Shown: positions 44,101-54,026 of the stretch, one piece after another | How the letters are laid out: every line of letters starts with the position of its first letter | How positions within the stretch are numbered: the first letter of the stretch is position 1 | Assembly: GCA_965205025.1 (NCBI GenBank) | Contig: CBDBFU010000033.1 | Coordinates: 1-64,000 of the forward strand | Length of the DNA: 64,000 bases | Origin: Candidatus Poribacteria bacterium | GTDB lineage: Bacteria; Poribacteria; WGA-4E; WGA-3G | Direction: 5' to 3' | Notes under the pieces: model-generated | The model's database searches: none | What the model was told of the DNA's origin: nothing | What the model saw: only the letters and a program-made list of their open reading frames with translations | Position numbers and translations under genes: made by a program

Positions 44101-44263
44101 AGAATATGATTCATATAATAAAGATATTACCGAGACTATTGTATTAACCGAGATTCCAGAAATTATTCCGACCTCAGAAGAAATCGTTGTTAATATCACG
44201 AAAATGACAGAGATGACTGAAAAACAACGGGTTATATTTGAAAACCTATTGCATAATAAGTAA
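41163..44263 (+). CDS. Lipoprotein: two repeats of an unknown beta-rich domain plus M61-like zinc peptidase, paralog 2 (apparent frameshifts)
   Basis: ATG 41163 after GGAGG, lipobox ILLAC; 2x RYLWFAKGxGIVKMRYEHSNG; AHEVFHVWNG, WFKEGVTDFY, YNGGSLV. Confidence 0.7.
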
Positions 44264-44283
44264 ACTCAATTAAGGAGACTACA

Positions 44284-45366
44284 ATGTTTAAGAAATCAAG
44301 ACATATCGGTATTCTGATTGTTGTAATTGTGTTGGTATTTTTCTCTTTTAGCTATTTACTCATACAACAGATTGTAGGATCATATTTTCAAAATGGACAG
44401 GTGTTGAGCAATGTGGTATATGCACAAGAAGATCCAGCTATTCCCCCAAAACCAAAAGTAAGAAGATCTGTTGTCAAAATAGATCCTGAACCAGAACTCC
44501 AAGAATCATGGCATCCATCTGAATGGGGTGCGGATGATCGTCGGGGTGCAGTCAACAGACTATCACCAAAAAAGGCATTGGATGCAGCGAGTCTAATCAA
44601 GACTGGGAAGGTCTATCAACTTGGTAGAGTATATGAGAGTGGTATTCCAGTATTTGGAACACGCCATTATAGTCTCCGAATTCCACAGATGTCCGGTCCT
44701 CTTGGAGAGAACAAGACTACTTGGTTTGAGGAGATTTTTAGTGGTGAGATTGGTCAGATTGGAACGCAATTCGATGGATTGGGACACATAGGGATCGGTG
44801 ATCATTTCTATAATGGATTAAATCAGAATGATTTTGCAACTGCAGAAGGTCTTAAAGAACTGGGGGTTGAGAATGTTGGACCTATCTTCACACGCGGTGT
44901 ATTGATTGATATTGCAGGGTACAAAGGTGTTGATATGCTTGGAGATAGCTATGAGATTACCCGTGCTGATCTTGAGGGTGCATTGGAAAAACAGAATGTT
45001 GAAATCACTCCTGGTGATGTTGTAATTATACATACCGGTTGGGGTAGTTTATGGATGAAAGATAATGATAGGTATAGTACAACTGAACCGGGGATTGGTT
45101 TGGAAGCAGGACAGTTTCTCGTAGAGCAAAAGATAGTGATGTTATGTAGTGATAACTGGGGGATTGAGGTTGTACCGAACCCGGATGAATCGCTTGCATT
45201 TCCAGTTCATCAGTTGTTTATTGTAAAACACGGTATATACAATCTGGAGAATATCATTACAGAGGAATTAGCAGCTGATAGAGTGTACGAATTTGCCTTC
45301 AGTTTTGCCCCACTTCGTTTGAAAGGTGCTACAGGTTCACCCGGAAATCCTATTGTCATACGGTAA
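44284..45366 (+). CDS. Cyclase family (kynurenine formamidase-like) metal-dependent hydrolase with N-terminal TM
   Basis: GTQFDGLGH, TRGVLID, GDVVIIHTGW, GATGSPGNP. Confidence 0.85.
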   Translation: MFKKSRHIGILIVVIVLVFFSFSYLLIQQIVGSYFQNGQVLSNVVYAQEDPAIPPKPKVRRSVVKIDPEPELQESWHPSEWGADDRRGAVNRLSPKKALDAASLIKTGKVYQLGRVYESGIPVFGTRHYSLRIPQMSGPLGENKTTWFEEIFSGEIGQIGTQFDGLGHIGIGDHFYNGLNQNDFATAEGLKELGVENVGPIFTRGVLIDIAGYKGVDMLGDSYEITRADLEGALEKQNVEITPGDVVIIHTGWGSLWMKDNDRYSTTEPGIGLEAGQFLVEQKIVMLCSDNWGIEVVPNPDESLAFPVHQLFIVKHGIYNLENIITEELAADRVYEFAFSFAPLRLKGATGSPGNPIVIR

Positions 45367-45381
45367 ATAATATATCCGAAT

Positions 45382-46152
45382 ATGATAAAATTATGTGTGA
45401 TTATCCTTGTGTCATGTATGTTAGTGTCATGTAAATCGACAGAAAATCAGTCCTTTAAAGAGAAACAGTTAACCTATCCACGTGTTCAGTTTGCACACCG
45501 AGAAAAGGATGTTCAACTGCAAAACCTATTTGAAAAACAGGGTTATGAATACCCGCCACAGAATATCTATGTCCGTATTTTTAAGGATGAACGGATTTTA
45601 GAAGTATGGACAAAGAGAAATGTTGATGAGACGTATCAGAAAGTTTGTTATTATGAATTCTGTGCATCATCAGGTAAGTTAGGACCGAAAAGACAGGAAG
45701 GTGATTTACAGATACCAGAAGGATTTTATTATATTGACCGATTTAATCCTAATAGCAATTTCTTTTTGTCACTTGGCATCAATTATCCTAACAAATCAGA
45801 TAAAATATTAGGTGTAAAAAGCAAATTAGGCGGAGATATCTTTATACATGGCGGGTGTGCTACTATTGGATGTATTCCTATAACAGACGATAAGATTATG
45901 GAAGTATATTGGTTAGCAATCCAAGCCAAGTCGAATGGTCAAGAGAAAATACCAGTCCACATTTTCCCTTCAAAATTGGACAATTTATCACTGAATCGTC
46001 TCAAGAATAGTATTGGGAATGATGATGGGTTAATCCAATTCTGGTCTAATCTGAAGATTGGGTATGATTGGTTTGTTGAACATGGAAATATACCTGAAAT
46101 TACAGTAGATAAACAAGGGATTTACCATTTTTCGGAAGGACAGATTCCTTAG
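45382..46152 (+). CDS. L,D-transpeptidase (YkuD) family lipoprotein, YafK/DpaA-like
   Basis: Lipobox LVSC; GPKRQEGDLQIPEGFY, DIFIHGGCATIGC. Confidence 0.88.
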   Translation: MIKLCVIILVSCMLVSCKSTENQSFKEKQLTYPRVQFAHREKDVQLQNLFEKQGYEYPPQNIYVRIFKDERILEVWTKRNVDETYQKVCYYEFCASSGKLGPKRQEGDLQIPEGFYYIDRFNPNSNFFLSLGINYPNKSDKILGVKSKLGGDIFIHGGCATIGCIPITDDKIMEVYWLAIQAKSNGQEKIPVHIFPSKLDNLSLNRLKNSIGNDDGLIQFWSNLKIGYDWFVEHGNIPEITVDKQGIYHFSEGQIP

Positions 46153-46242
46153 CATGACGTGAGTTCATGATTTATATCGGATGCGTATACCCCTCCTACA
46201 AAGATAAAAATTGGGATTCAAATCTCCTCATATAAAGAAGTT

Positions 46243-46478
46243 ATACCATATTTAGTAATTAAATCTCATTAGCATCTTTAATGTAGCACAAACTTCATGA
46301 AGATTAAAATAATAATTCGGTAATGTGTTAGAAATTCGGTTCGGTTAGGAAACCGAACCTACCGAGTTTGGGAAAATGGGAATTACCGAATTTAAAACTT
46401 AATCCTCATCCAGTTTGTGTAGTATCTCAAGACATAAATATCACCCAATCATGGGAGAATCATTAATTGAAATGGTAT
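46243..46478. mobile_element. MITE (ATACCAT ends) with a second MITE nested in its REP hairpin
   Basis: Outer parts match the empty copy at 55626..55751; insert at 46297..46409. Confidence 0.85.
46297..46409. mobile_element. Inner MITE with 28-bp imperfect terminal repeats carrying REP hairpin B
   Basis: ATGAAGATTAAAATAATAATTCGGTAAT...ATTACCGAATTTAAAACTTAATCCTCAT; cargo GGTTCGGTTAGGAAACCGAACCTAC. Confidence 0.85.
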
Positions 46479-46512
46479 TAGAATTGATCCATTTATAATT
46501 ATACCTTGGTTT

Positions 46513-49500
46513 TTATCTCACTACTTGAATAGTTCCTGTACCTGCCACAGCGGATTTGCTGGGATCATACATAGCCTCAGCGGAAATAGGTGGTAATGTA
46601 AAACTACCTTCGGTTACTGCCCTTAGCGTATAATAGAATTTCTGTTCGTTATCTTTAGGAAATGATCCAAAGAGAATCAGCCTATCATCACGGATATCAA
46701 TGTTATTTGGTCTGAAGGATTGTTGATGGAGAATTGACCTACTATCTCTTGTTTTGAGTCGAGGGTTTTCTATTTCAAATCCTGATGGTAACATATCAAC
46801 AACCACAACATTATGAAGATCCTTAGACAATGATTTTACACTGATTTCTGTGATTAGCAGTTCTCCCTGTTGAAATACTTTCTTAACACGAGATTGATCC
46901 TGTGTTAAATATCGTCTATTGATAACTATTTCATTACCATATTCCTCAATATATGAATCACGACCGATTCCAAAGGCTTCCCAATAGTAATAACATGTAC
47001 CATTCCCTTGTATATTGATCTTAAAATGTGAACCGTCCCAATCTGAATTTATAAGTTGCTTACCCATAGAATCAAAACGAACGACATGATCTGTATCTCG
47101 AACAATTTCACCAGAGAATTTCTGCTGAGGTAGTTTATTTAAATATTTACCAAGTGCAAGAAATGCATAGGCATTCTCTTGTGTTGTTCCCCATCTTTGT
47201 CTATTTGAAGCTGAATCTGTAAGACTTTCGACCAAATGTGGAATCAACGGATGGTCATCCTTTATCTCCATTAACATATCTAAAATAATTGCATACGATC
47301 TAACACTTGAATCGAAATTCCAACCCGTATCTCGATATTCTGTTTTCTCAATATCGACTTTATCAGGTAAGAGTGATAGTGCAATCTGTTTATTTCCACT
47401 ATGTGCAAAAGCCCCAGCCAGTTGAAAAATACTATAATCATTAAGATCCTTTATACGGTTATTTCTGAGATGGAACATAACCTGTTTTTCTGCTTGTCCT
47501 GCTTTACTTAATACATAACAGGCATAAACTACTTGTGGTAATCTATATTTATCAGGTTGTCTGTTCTCGTTGTAATTTGGAATTAATTCTTGTCTGACTT
47601 GTCTCCGTAACCCTTCAATCATTCTGTTATATGTGTAATCTGAAACTTGGTAACCTGCTATTCTTGCTTCAACGAGATAATGTGCAGCATAGATACTGCT
47701 CCAGGTGTGTGTATAAGATCCGCGTTGCCAATATGAGAACATCAGATTATTTCCTAACATTTTTTCAAGTTTTTCAATTCCTACCTCAATATATTCTTTG
47801 ATTTTACCCTCTTCTGCTAATGTTGGTTCAACTATACGCGCTAAATCAGTGAGGTATAGTAATGGAAATACACGGCTTGTTGTTTGTTCAAGACACCCGT
47901 AAGGATATTGGATAAGGTATCGAAGTCCGTTTGCAAAACGTAATGAAGGGAGTGGAGATAGCGTAACCAAAAACTCAGAAGTATCCGATCGTAAGTTCGA
48001 TGGTAGTATGAATTCTGCAGGTTCATTCACGCTAACAATTCCTTGTCCAGTCTTAGTAATGTATGGTGCAGGTGACCTGATTGGAATACTGATAGGTGCT
48101 GACTTAATCTCATCTCCACCTCCAGTAATAGATAGATTAAAATCCGAAATACCAACTGCATCATGAGCGATTACATCAAAATACACCTGTCCTTCGGTAT
48201 CTGATTCAACACTCAACTGTTTTTCAAGTGAATCATCATCAATAACCATAGTCTGATGTAGATTACTATTACCAGACAATAGTTTTACTGGACCAGAGAC
48301 TTGTAATTTTACCTTGAAATCAGCTGAATTGGTATTGCCATTATACACGGTAACAGGAACGCGTATACGATCACCACTTGAAAGAAAACGAGGGAATGTT
48401 GGTGTCATGACTACTGGATCGCGCACTTGAATCATACTGGTTGCCGAACCGAAGTCTTTTCCTGCGAATGCAACTGCCATCAGACGAAGTGTTCCATTGA
48501 ATTGTGGAATATCTATACGGATATTCCCATTGCCATCTTTATCTGTTCTTATCAATCCAGACCAGAGTGATATGGGTTTGACTCGTAGAACAGAGTCAGT
48601 GTTAACTCTTCTACCCCTACTCAACCTACGCTGTTGAACAGAACTTCTTACACTTTTTGCTGCAGGCATTGGAGATCCAATTGTATCCAATGCTACTGCT
48701 TGAGCATAAGCAATTTCGTCTTTGAAATAGGCAACTGAATCTAAACCTAATATATCCGCAAGAGATTGAATAGGTGTAATAGGAAATTGTTTATCCCGTG
48801 TAATTGCTGTATAAAATTCAAAGGATAGTGTATCTAATCTTCTCTTCTGATAGAAATATGAGTGTGGATCTGGTGTATTCATACCAGTTAGTTGAATTAT
48901 ACCTTCATCAACAGCTGCGACTGTTACCATATATGATTGTTCTTTTTTCTTTCCATTAACTTTAACCTTTATATTGATATCTGAATTCGGTCGAACCTGT
49001 TCAGGAGCATCTATAGCAACATTTAAGTGATTAAGTTCGGCATTAATTTTTAATGGTAATATTCCATAAGCCCGTGCAGGAACATCCTTCTTCAATGTTG
49101 TAGTGGATCTAATTAGTATTGCAGAAATATACACATTCGGAGAATATAATTCCTCTACAGGGATTGTCAATGTCTCAGTCGTGTTTTTCAAGGTAATAGT
49201 CTGGTAACTCAACACTTTGTCACGTTCGATTGTTAGTAATACTTTCCCTTGGAATGGTGGTTTTATAGTTAGTTTCGCTTCTTCACCTGGTAGGTATGAG
49301 GGTTTATCAAGGGACATATCAAGTTTATCAGCATTTTCGATAGACCAAGGCACACCACCCCATTCCGAAACATAAAATTGCATTGAAGTTTTTGCTTTAC
49401 TCTTAAGATCCTCAATCTCTACCAAATGAACCCCAAAAGCAACAGGAATAAAATCAAACGTACCTGGTTTTTCAAGCGATGTTAGAGTTCTTGTTTCTAT

Positions 49501-52008
49501 TTTCGTATAAGATGGAGATTCTTGTCCTCGCCTGTTGTGTGAATCAATAGATGATACTGTCATCTTTACCGGATGTCCACTCGTGACCATTCCATCTGTA
49601 TCTAATACGATGTATTCAAAACTAACCTTCTCATTTAATTTAACTGTTCCTTCCACAGGTCGTCTAATACCAATATAGTGTGTATAGGGATGGACAAGAA
49701 CTGAGTCAGAAGTAGAAACGGCACGTCCACCAAGATCTTGTACAGATATATGTATATCACAGTTAAGGGCAGCAGGTGGTTTTAATTCCTTTGGGAGTTT
49801 GAAAGCATAATTTACATTGCCATGTGCATCGGTCACTGTATCATTTAGTTGTATGGTGTTCCTTTCAAATGTGCGTGAATTATCAGCAAACTTATATGAA
49901 TTCCATTTCTCCGGTGGTATAAATTGAATTGGTGAAAGGAAATATAAAGCGTATACTGATCTACCAACAGCAGGAGTGCCATATAGGTTTGCTGCATTTA
50001 TATCAAAATTTACCTCATCCCCTACAGTATAAGTAGCTTTTTCAACATTAAGATCTATTTTCATTCTGTCTGGAATGAATTCTTCTACTTGAAAAGATAC
50101 AGCACCTATCTGATTCTTCCCAATTAACATTTTGGCGTTGTACCATCCAGTTAGAGAAACATCCGCTATAGGAATTTCAATTTCACATTCCCCTTCACTA
50201 CCAGTTTTTACTTCTATTTCTTTTACAATATTCCCCGTTGGATTAACTATGTTAAGCTGTAATGGAAGCTGATTTGGTGGAATGGTTTTTTCTCCTCGAA
50301 CAATACCTACAAGATTCACTGTTTCTCCTGGTCGATATACACCTCGATCAGTATAGAGAAATGCCTCATAGTCATCAACTAAATATGGAATACCATCAAT
50401 GTCGAATCTGTTGGTGGATAATTTCTCTCGTTGCAACTGGAGTAATGAAAAGTCATTATCCTTCTTGACTGTAATAAGAAATTCGGGATTATCTTTAAAT
50501 TCATCTGTATCTATACGAAATTTGGCAAATCCATTCTTATCAGTTTTGTCAGAATACAGTATGTTCATTCTCTTATTATTTAGTATCTGTACATCTGCTT
50601 TCGAAATTGGATTTAATGAATCGAGAGAATTTACCCACACCCACATTTCATTTTTTATTACCTTTGCAACTATCCCAAGATCTGTGATGACTAAAAGTCG
50701 TTCAGCATACCCAACTCTACCTTGATTTGAATAGATAATTATTTTAAAAATCCCGCCATGATTTTCTGTCAGAAATTCCCCTAATGGCAACTCGGTGATG
50801 ACTTCTTCATTATCTATAGAAGCGATTTCGATCTCACCTTTATGAATTAGTTCAGGAAGGCTGGATAGATGTAGTTTTGCAATTCCATATTCAAACTTAT
50901 CTATATTCGTGGTAGCAATTCCAAGATCTAAAGAACCCTTAAGTGGTATGAAGTATGTATCATCAATAAATCGTATTCTTGGATTAAGGTTCGGAACTTT
51001 TAATCTCGCAATATACGTATCTCTTAATATAGTACGGTCTATTGAGGACATACCATGTTTTATATTAAGTGTATATTGTGTGCCAAATTCAAAATCACCT
51101 CGAAGTTCATATTGACTTCCACTACCAACCAATTGAAAAGGTATTGAAGGTGTTAGGCTTACATTTTCTTTTAATATATCATGGTGAATTTGTGAACTGA
51201 ATCTTAGTTGAATGTAAGGATATCCATCTCTTTGTAGAAATTGACTATCATTAACATGTAGGGGTATAATTTCTTCTAAGTTGATTGGTGCATAAATTGT
51301 TTCACTCAGCCCTATTTCAGTCTGATTGGACCTAAATCCCTTGTTAATCTTTACCTGAAGTAATCCACTCTCTAATATCGGTACAATACTATTCAACTCC
51401 AATAAAACCGTATCTGTAATCTGGCTTTGTTCTTGAAACTTATAATCAATAGTGCTTCCCTTGCTTGTAATTATAGACAGATATTCTCCCAATGCATCAA
51501 GATTGATAACATAATTAAATGAGATTATTCCAACTACCTTTATCTGTGTTTCTTCATCAGATTGAATTTTAATCTGTGCACTATCAACCATAAATGGGGT
51601 AGAAGTATATTTGAATTTGCTCTGACCAATTAAATTATGTTTGATCTCAGGTATGAATTTCGGTAGAAATGTAAAAGTATAATCAACAGATGGGGATAGT
51701 GTGTTATCTAAATAGATACCAATTTGGTTCTTTGCTACCCAACGTGCAGTTAATTGCATTGATGGAGTTATCTCTAAAGATTTCGTTGGTATTTCAGTAT
51801 ATAACTTATCATCTTCTATTACATTCTTGGATAGTCTTAACAGGAAATCTGCTATTCCACCATTTTCCTCTTTAGATTGTAGTGATACAACACTAAATTC
51901 TGTATCTCCTTCCTCTTTTGCAAGTACAGTAGTGATTGATAGGATAAGGGTTGATATGATAATGATTCCTATGATTTGAAGTTTCTTATTTTGTGTTATT
52001 TTATTCAT
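46513..52008 (-). CDS. Bacterial alpha-2-macroglobulin
   Basis: ATG 52008 with GGAGA RBS; YTDRGVYRPGE, AAVDEG, thioester YPYGCLEQ, WGTTQENA, DMLPSGFEIEN, AEAMYDP. Confidence 0.95.
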   Translation of the reverse strand: MNKITQNKKLQIIGIIIISTLILSITTVLAKEEGDTEFSVVSLQSKEENGGIADFLLRLSKNVIEDDKLYTEIPTKSLEITPSMQLTARWVAKNQIGIYLDNTLSPSVDYTFTFLPKFIPEIKHNLIGQSKFKYTSTPFMVDSAQIKIQSDEETQIKVVGIISFNYVINLDALGEYLSIITSKGSTIDYKFQEQSQITDTVLLELNSIVPILESGLLQVKINKGFRSNQTEIGLSETIYAPINLEEIIPLHVNDSQFLQRDGYPYIQLRFSSQIHHDILKENVSLTPSIPFQLVGSGSQYELRGDFEFGTQYTLNIKHGMSSIDRTILRDTYIARLKVPNLNPRIRFIDDTYFIPLKGSLDLGIATTNIDKFEYGIAKLHLSSLPELIHKGEIEIASIDNEEVITELPLGEFLTENHGGIFKIIIYSNQGRVGYAERLLVITDLGIVAKVIKNEMWVWVNSLDSLNPISKADVQILNNKRMNILYSDKTDKNGFAKFRIDTDEFKDNPEFLITVKKDNDFSLLQLQREKLSTNRFDIDGIPYLVDDYEAFLYTDRGVYRPGETVNLVGIVRGEKTIPPNQLPLQLNIVNPTGNIVKEIEVKTGSEGECEIEIPIADVSLTGWYNAKMLIGKNQIGAVSFQVEEFIPDRMKIDLNVEKATYTVGDEVNFDINAANLYGTPAVGRSVYALYFLSPIQFIPPEKWNSYKFADNSRTFERNTIQLNDTVTDAHGNVNYAFKLPKELKPPAALNCDIHISVQDLGGRAVSTSDSVLVHPYTHYIGIRRPVEGTVKLNEKVSFEYIVLDTDGMVTSGHPVKMTVSSIDSHNRRGQESPSYTKIETRTLTSLEKPGTFDFIPVAFGVHLVEIEDLKSKAKTSMQFYVSEWGGVPWSIENADKLDMSLDKPSYLPGEEAKLTIKPPFQGKVLLTIERDKVLSYQTITLKNTTETLTIPVEELYSPNVYISAILIRSTTTLKKDVPARAYGILPLKINAELNHLNVAIDAPEQVRPNSDINIKVKVNGKKKEQSYMVTVAAVDEGIIQLTGMNTPDPHSYFYQKRRLDTLSFEFYTAITRDKQFPITPIQSLADILGLDSVAYFKDEIAYAQAVALDTIGSPMPAAKSVRSSVQQRRLSRGRRVNTDSVLRVKPISLWSGLIRTDKDGNGNIRIDIPQFNGTLRLMAVAFAGKDFGSATSMIQVRDPVVMTPTFPRFLSSGDRIRVPVTVYNGNTNSADFKVKLQVSGPVKLLSGNSNLHQTMVIDDDSLEKQLSVESDTEGQVYFDVIAHDAVGISDFNLSITGGGDEIKSAPISIPIRSPAPYITKTGQGIVSVNEPAEFILPSNLRSDTSEFLVTLSPLPSLRFANGLRYLIQYPYGCLEQTTSRVFPLLYLTDLARIVEPTLAEEGKIKEYIEVGIEKLEKMLGNNLMFSYWQRGSYTHTWSSIYAAHYLVEARIAGYQVSDYTYNRMIEGLRRQVRQELIPNYNENRQPDKYRLPQVVYACYVLSKAGQAEKQVMFHLRNNRIKDLNDYSIFQLAGAFAHSGNKQIALSLLPDKVDIEKTEYRDTGWNFDSSVRSYAIILDMLMEIKDDHPLIPHLVESLTDSASNRQRWGTTQENAYAFLALGKYLNKLPQQKFSGEIVRDTDHVVRFDSMGKQLINSDWDGSHFKINIQGNGTCYYYWEAFGIGRDSYIEEYGNEIVINRRYLTQDQSRVKKVFQQGELLITEISVKSLSKDLHNVVVVDMLPSGFEIENPRLKTRDSRSILHQQSFRPNNIDIRDDRLILFGSFPKDNEQKFYYTLRAVTEGSFTLPPISAEAMYDPSKSAVAGTGTIQVVR

Positions 52009-52032
52009 TTGTCTATCTCCAATATATATTAT

Positions 52033-52176
52033 AACGTGAGTTTGATAAGACACACTGTAACCTGATCTTTTGGTTATCACCAGAGTGCACAAACTGGAAA
52101 GTTTGTGCTACAAAGACTATCTTCAGGACAAAATTCTGTTTACCGAACTGACATTTTTTATTATCAAACTGACGTT
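52033..52176. mobile_element. ~144-bp MITE carrying REP hairpin A, copy 2
   Basis: Near-identical to 29279..29422; 5-bp flanking duplication ATTAT; lies in the leader of the alpha-2-macroglobulin gene. Confidence 0.9.
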
Positions 52177-52223
52177 ATTATATGAGTATGGTGGTTTAAC
52201 TATTAGAATATTATATGGAAATT

Positions 52224-52240
52224 TGCAAATAAAATGCCAA
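52224..52240 (-). promoter_or_regulatory. Sigma-54 promoter candidate for alpha-2-macroglobulin
   Basis: Minus strand TTGGCATTTTATTTGCA (GG-N10-GC). Confidence 0.55.
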
Positions 52241-52461
52241 TTCATTTGAATTCATACCGTTGATTTATGGCATTCATACCGTTGATTCCTTGATTTGGTA
52301 GGGACGGAATGTTTATGGCAAAAGTGTATATCCCTATGGTCACTTCCTCAGAAATGGTAGTATGTCTTGCACGTTTCTGTGCATATTGTTAATCAATGCC
52401 CTATTATGTGCATCTGAATCGACCTAACATCCCATTATCATAGGTTTTTTAAGGTTTGAAA

Positions 52462-52478
52462 TTGGCATATTAATTGCT
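52462..52478 (+). promoter_or_regulatory. Sigma-54 promoter candidate for the 52537 gene
   Basis: TTGGCATATTAATTGCT (GG-N10-GC), ~60 nt upstream of ATG. Confidence 0.55.
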
Positions 52479-52536
52479 AAATATAGAATAATCAATTCGC
52501 CATAAAGTAAATCTTTTCAAAATCCATACCAATACA

Positions 52537-53412
52537 ATGTCACACAAAATCAATCTACCAACAATATCCATTGGTTCATACCGTGTCACACGCCTAATTA
52601 TTGGTGGCAATCCGTATAGCGGAATTTCTCATAGTACTCCTGCTGCCTCCAAAGCAATGGAGGATTATTATACCACGCAACAGATAATTGAGGATCTAAA
52701 ACAAGCCGAAGTTAATGGCATTAATACAGTTCTTGCCAGAGCGGATAGGCACATTATGCGGACACTGAATGAATACTGGAATAGTGGTGGTACAATACAG
52801 TGGATAGCACAGACCCCAAAAGCAAAAGAATATAATGACCTTAGCACATATTTAGACTTAATCGCTCAATATAAACCGATTGCTATTTATCACCATGGTG
52901 GAACAACTGACGAACTCTATATTGAAGGTAAACTTGATTCACTACATGAGAGTATGAAACAGATTCGTGACCTTGGTTGTGCTGTAGGTATTGGAACCCA
53001 TGATCCCCTGATACTGAAATACTGTTATTCAGAAGGTTTTGATGTTGACTTTTACGTCTGTGCCCTATATAATCATACACGTCACCGAGAGATGTATCTT
53101 GAAGATGACAGAGAAATTGCTGTAGCAACGATTCAAGCAATTCCATTACCCATCATTGCAATAAAAGTATTGGCAGCTGGTAGAAATGAACCTATTACTG
53201 CTTTCCAATACGCATTATCTAATATCAAACCGATAGATGCGATGGCAGTAGGAATGTATACAAAATTTCAACCGGATCAAATACATCAAAACGCACTGAC
53301 TATTGCTAAACTTACCGAGGAATCTGAGAATGGAGCGGATTGTAGAACCAGAAGTAATGGATACCCCCGAGGCTGCAGCCGCTTACGACGCGATGGAGCA
53401 TGGGGAGGTTGA
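52537..53412 (+). CDS. Aldo/keto reductase-like TIM-barrel hypothetical protein (3' end probably over-extended)
   Basis: VTRLIIGGNPYSGISH, IAIKVLAAGR, AVGMY; 83-nt overlap with the next gene suggests an indel. Confidence 0.65.
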   Translation: MSHKINLPTISIGSYRVTRLIIGGNPYSGISHSTPAASKAMEDYYTTQQIIEDLKQAEVNGINTVLARADRHIMRTLNEYWNSGGTIQWIAQTPKAKEYNDLSTYLDLIAQYKPIAIYHHGGTTDELYIEGKLDSLHESMKQIRDLGCAVGIGTHDPLILKYCYSEGFDVDFYVCALYNHTRHREMYLEDDREIAVATIQAIPLPIIAIKVLAAGRNEPITAFQYALSNIKPIDAMAVGMYTKFQPDQIHQNALTIAKLTEESENGADCRTRSNGYPRGCSRLRRDGAWGG

Positions 53413-53992
53413 TCAAGCATTTGTTGATCGTGTCATTGCCCTCGGTGCATCTACTGGTCATTTTCTTGATGTCGGTACCGGTCCAGCACAAATTCCTATC
53501 CTACTTGCCCAAACCTGTCCAAACATTCAAATAACAGCCATAGACTTATCTGAAGAGATGTTGAAAATCGCCGAACAGCATGTTATTGATGCTTGTTTGC
53601 GTGATCGGATTACCCTTCAACTTGTTGACGCTAAAGAATTGCCGTTCCCTGATAAATCATTTGATGGGGTGATCTCAAATAGTATCGTTCACCATATACA
53701 CGATGCATTGAAAGCTTTAATTGATATGGGTAGAGTTGTCAAACCGACAGGTTTGGTGTTAATACGAGATCTAATTCGTCCTGAAACTAATGCAGATGCA
53801 CAAGGATTTGTTGATAAATATGCTGCAGATGATACACCTTACCAACAGAAACTATATTACGATTCCTTCCTTGCTTCCTTTACAATTGCTGAAGTTAATG
53901 AGATGCTGATTCAGATGGATATACCCGGTGCTGCTGTTGTGCAAAGCACTGATCGACATTGGTCTATAGAAAGAGAATTTATCAGAGAATAG
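53330..53992 (+). CDS. Class I SAM-dependent methyltransferase
   Basis: ATG 53330 after GAGGA; LDVGTGPAQIP, AIDLSEEML, SFDGVISNSIVHH. Confidence 0.9.
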   Translation: MERIVEPEVMDTPEAAAAYDAMEHGEVDQAFVDRVIALGASTGHFLDVGTGPAQIPILLAQTCPNIQITAIDLSEEMLKIAEQHVIDACLRDRITLQLVDAKELPFPDKSFDGVISNSIVHHIHDALKALIDMGRVVKPTGLVLIRDLIRPETNADAQGFVDKYAADDTPYQQKLYYDSFLASFTIAEVNEMLIQMDIPGAAVVQSTDRHWSIEREFIRE

Positions 53993-54026
53993 AGATATGT
54001 AAATAAATTAAACCCAGAGGTGTTTC

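Noticed and set aside
52009-52092. N-terminal extension of alpha-2-macroglobulin in the ORF track
   Set aside because: Reads through the MITE; the RBS supports ATG at 52008
53330-53412. Genuine 83-nt gene overlap
   Set aside because: The tail looks like out-of-frame read-through, probably another indel
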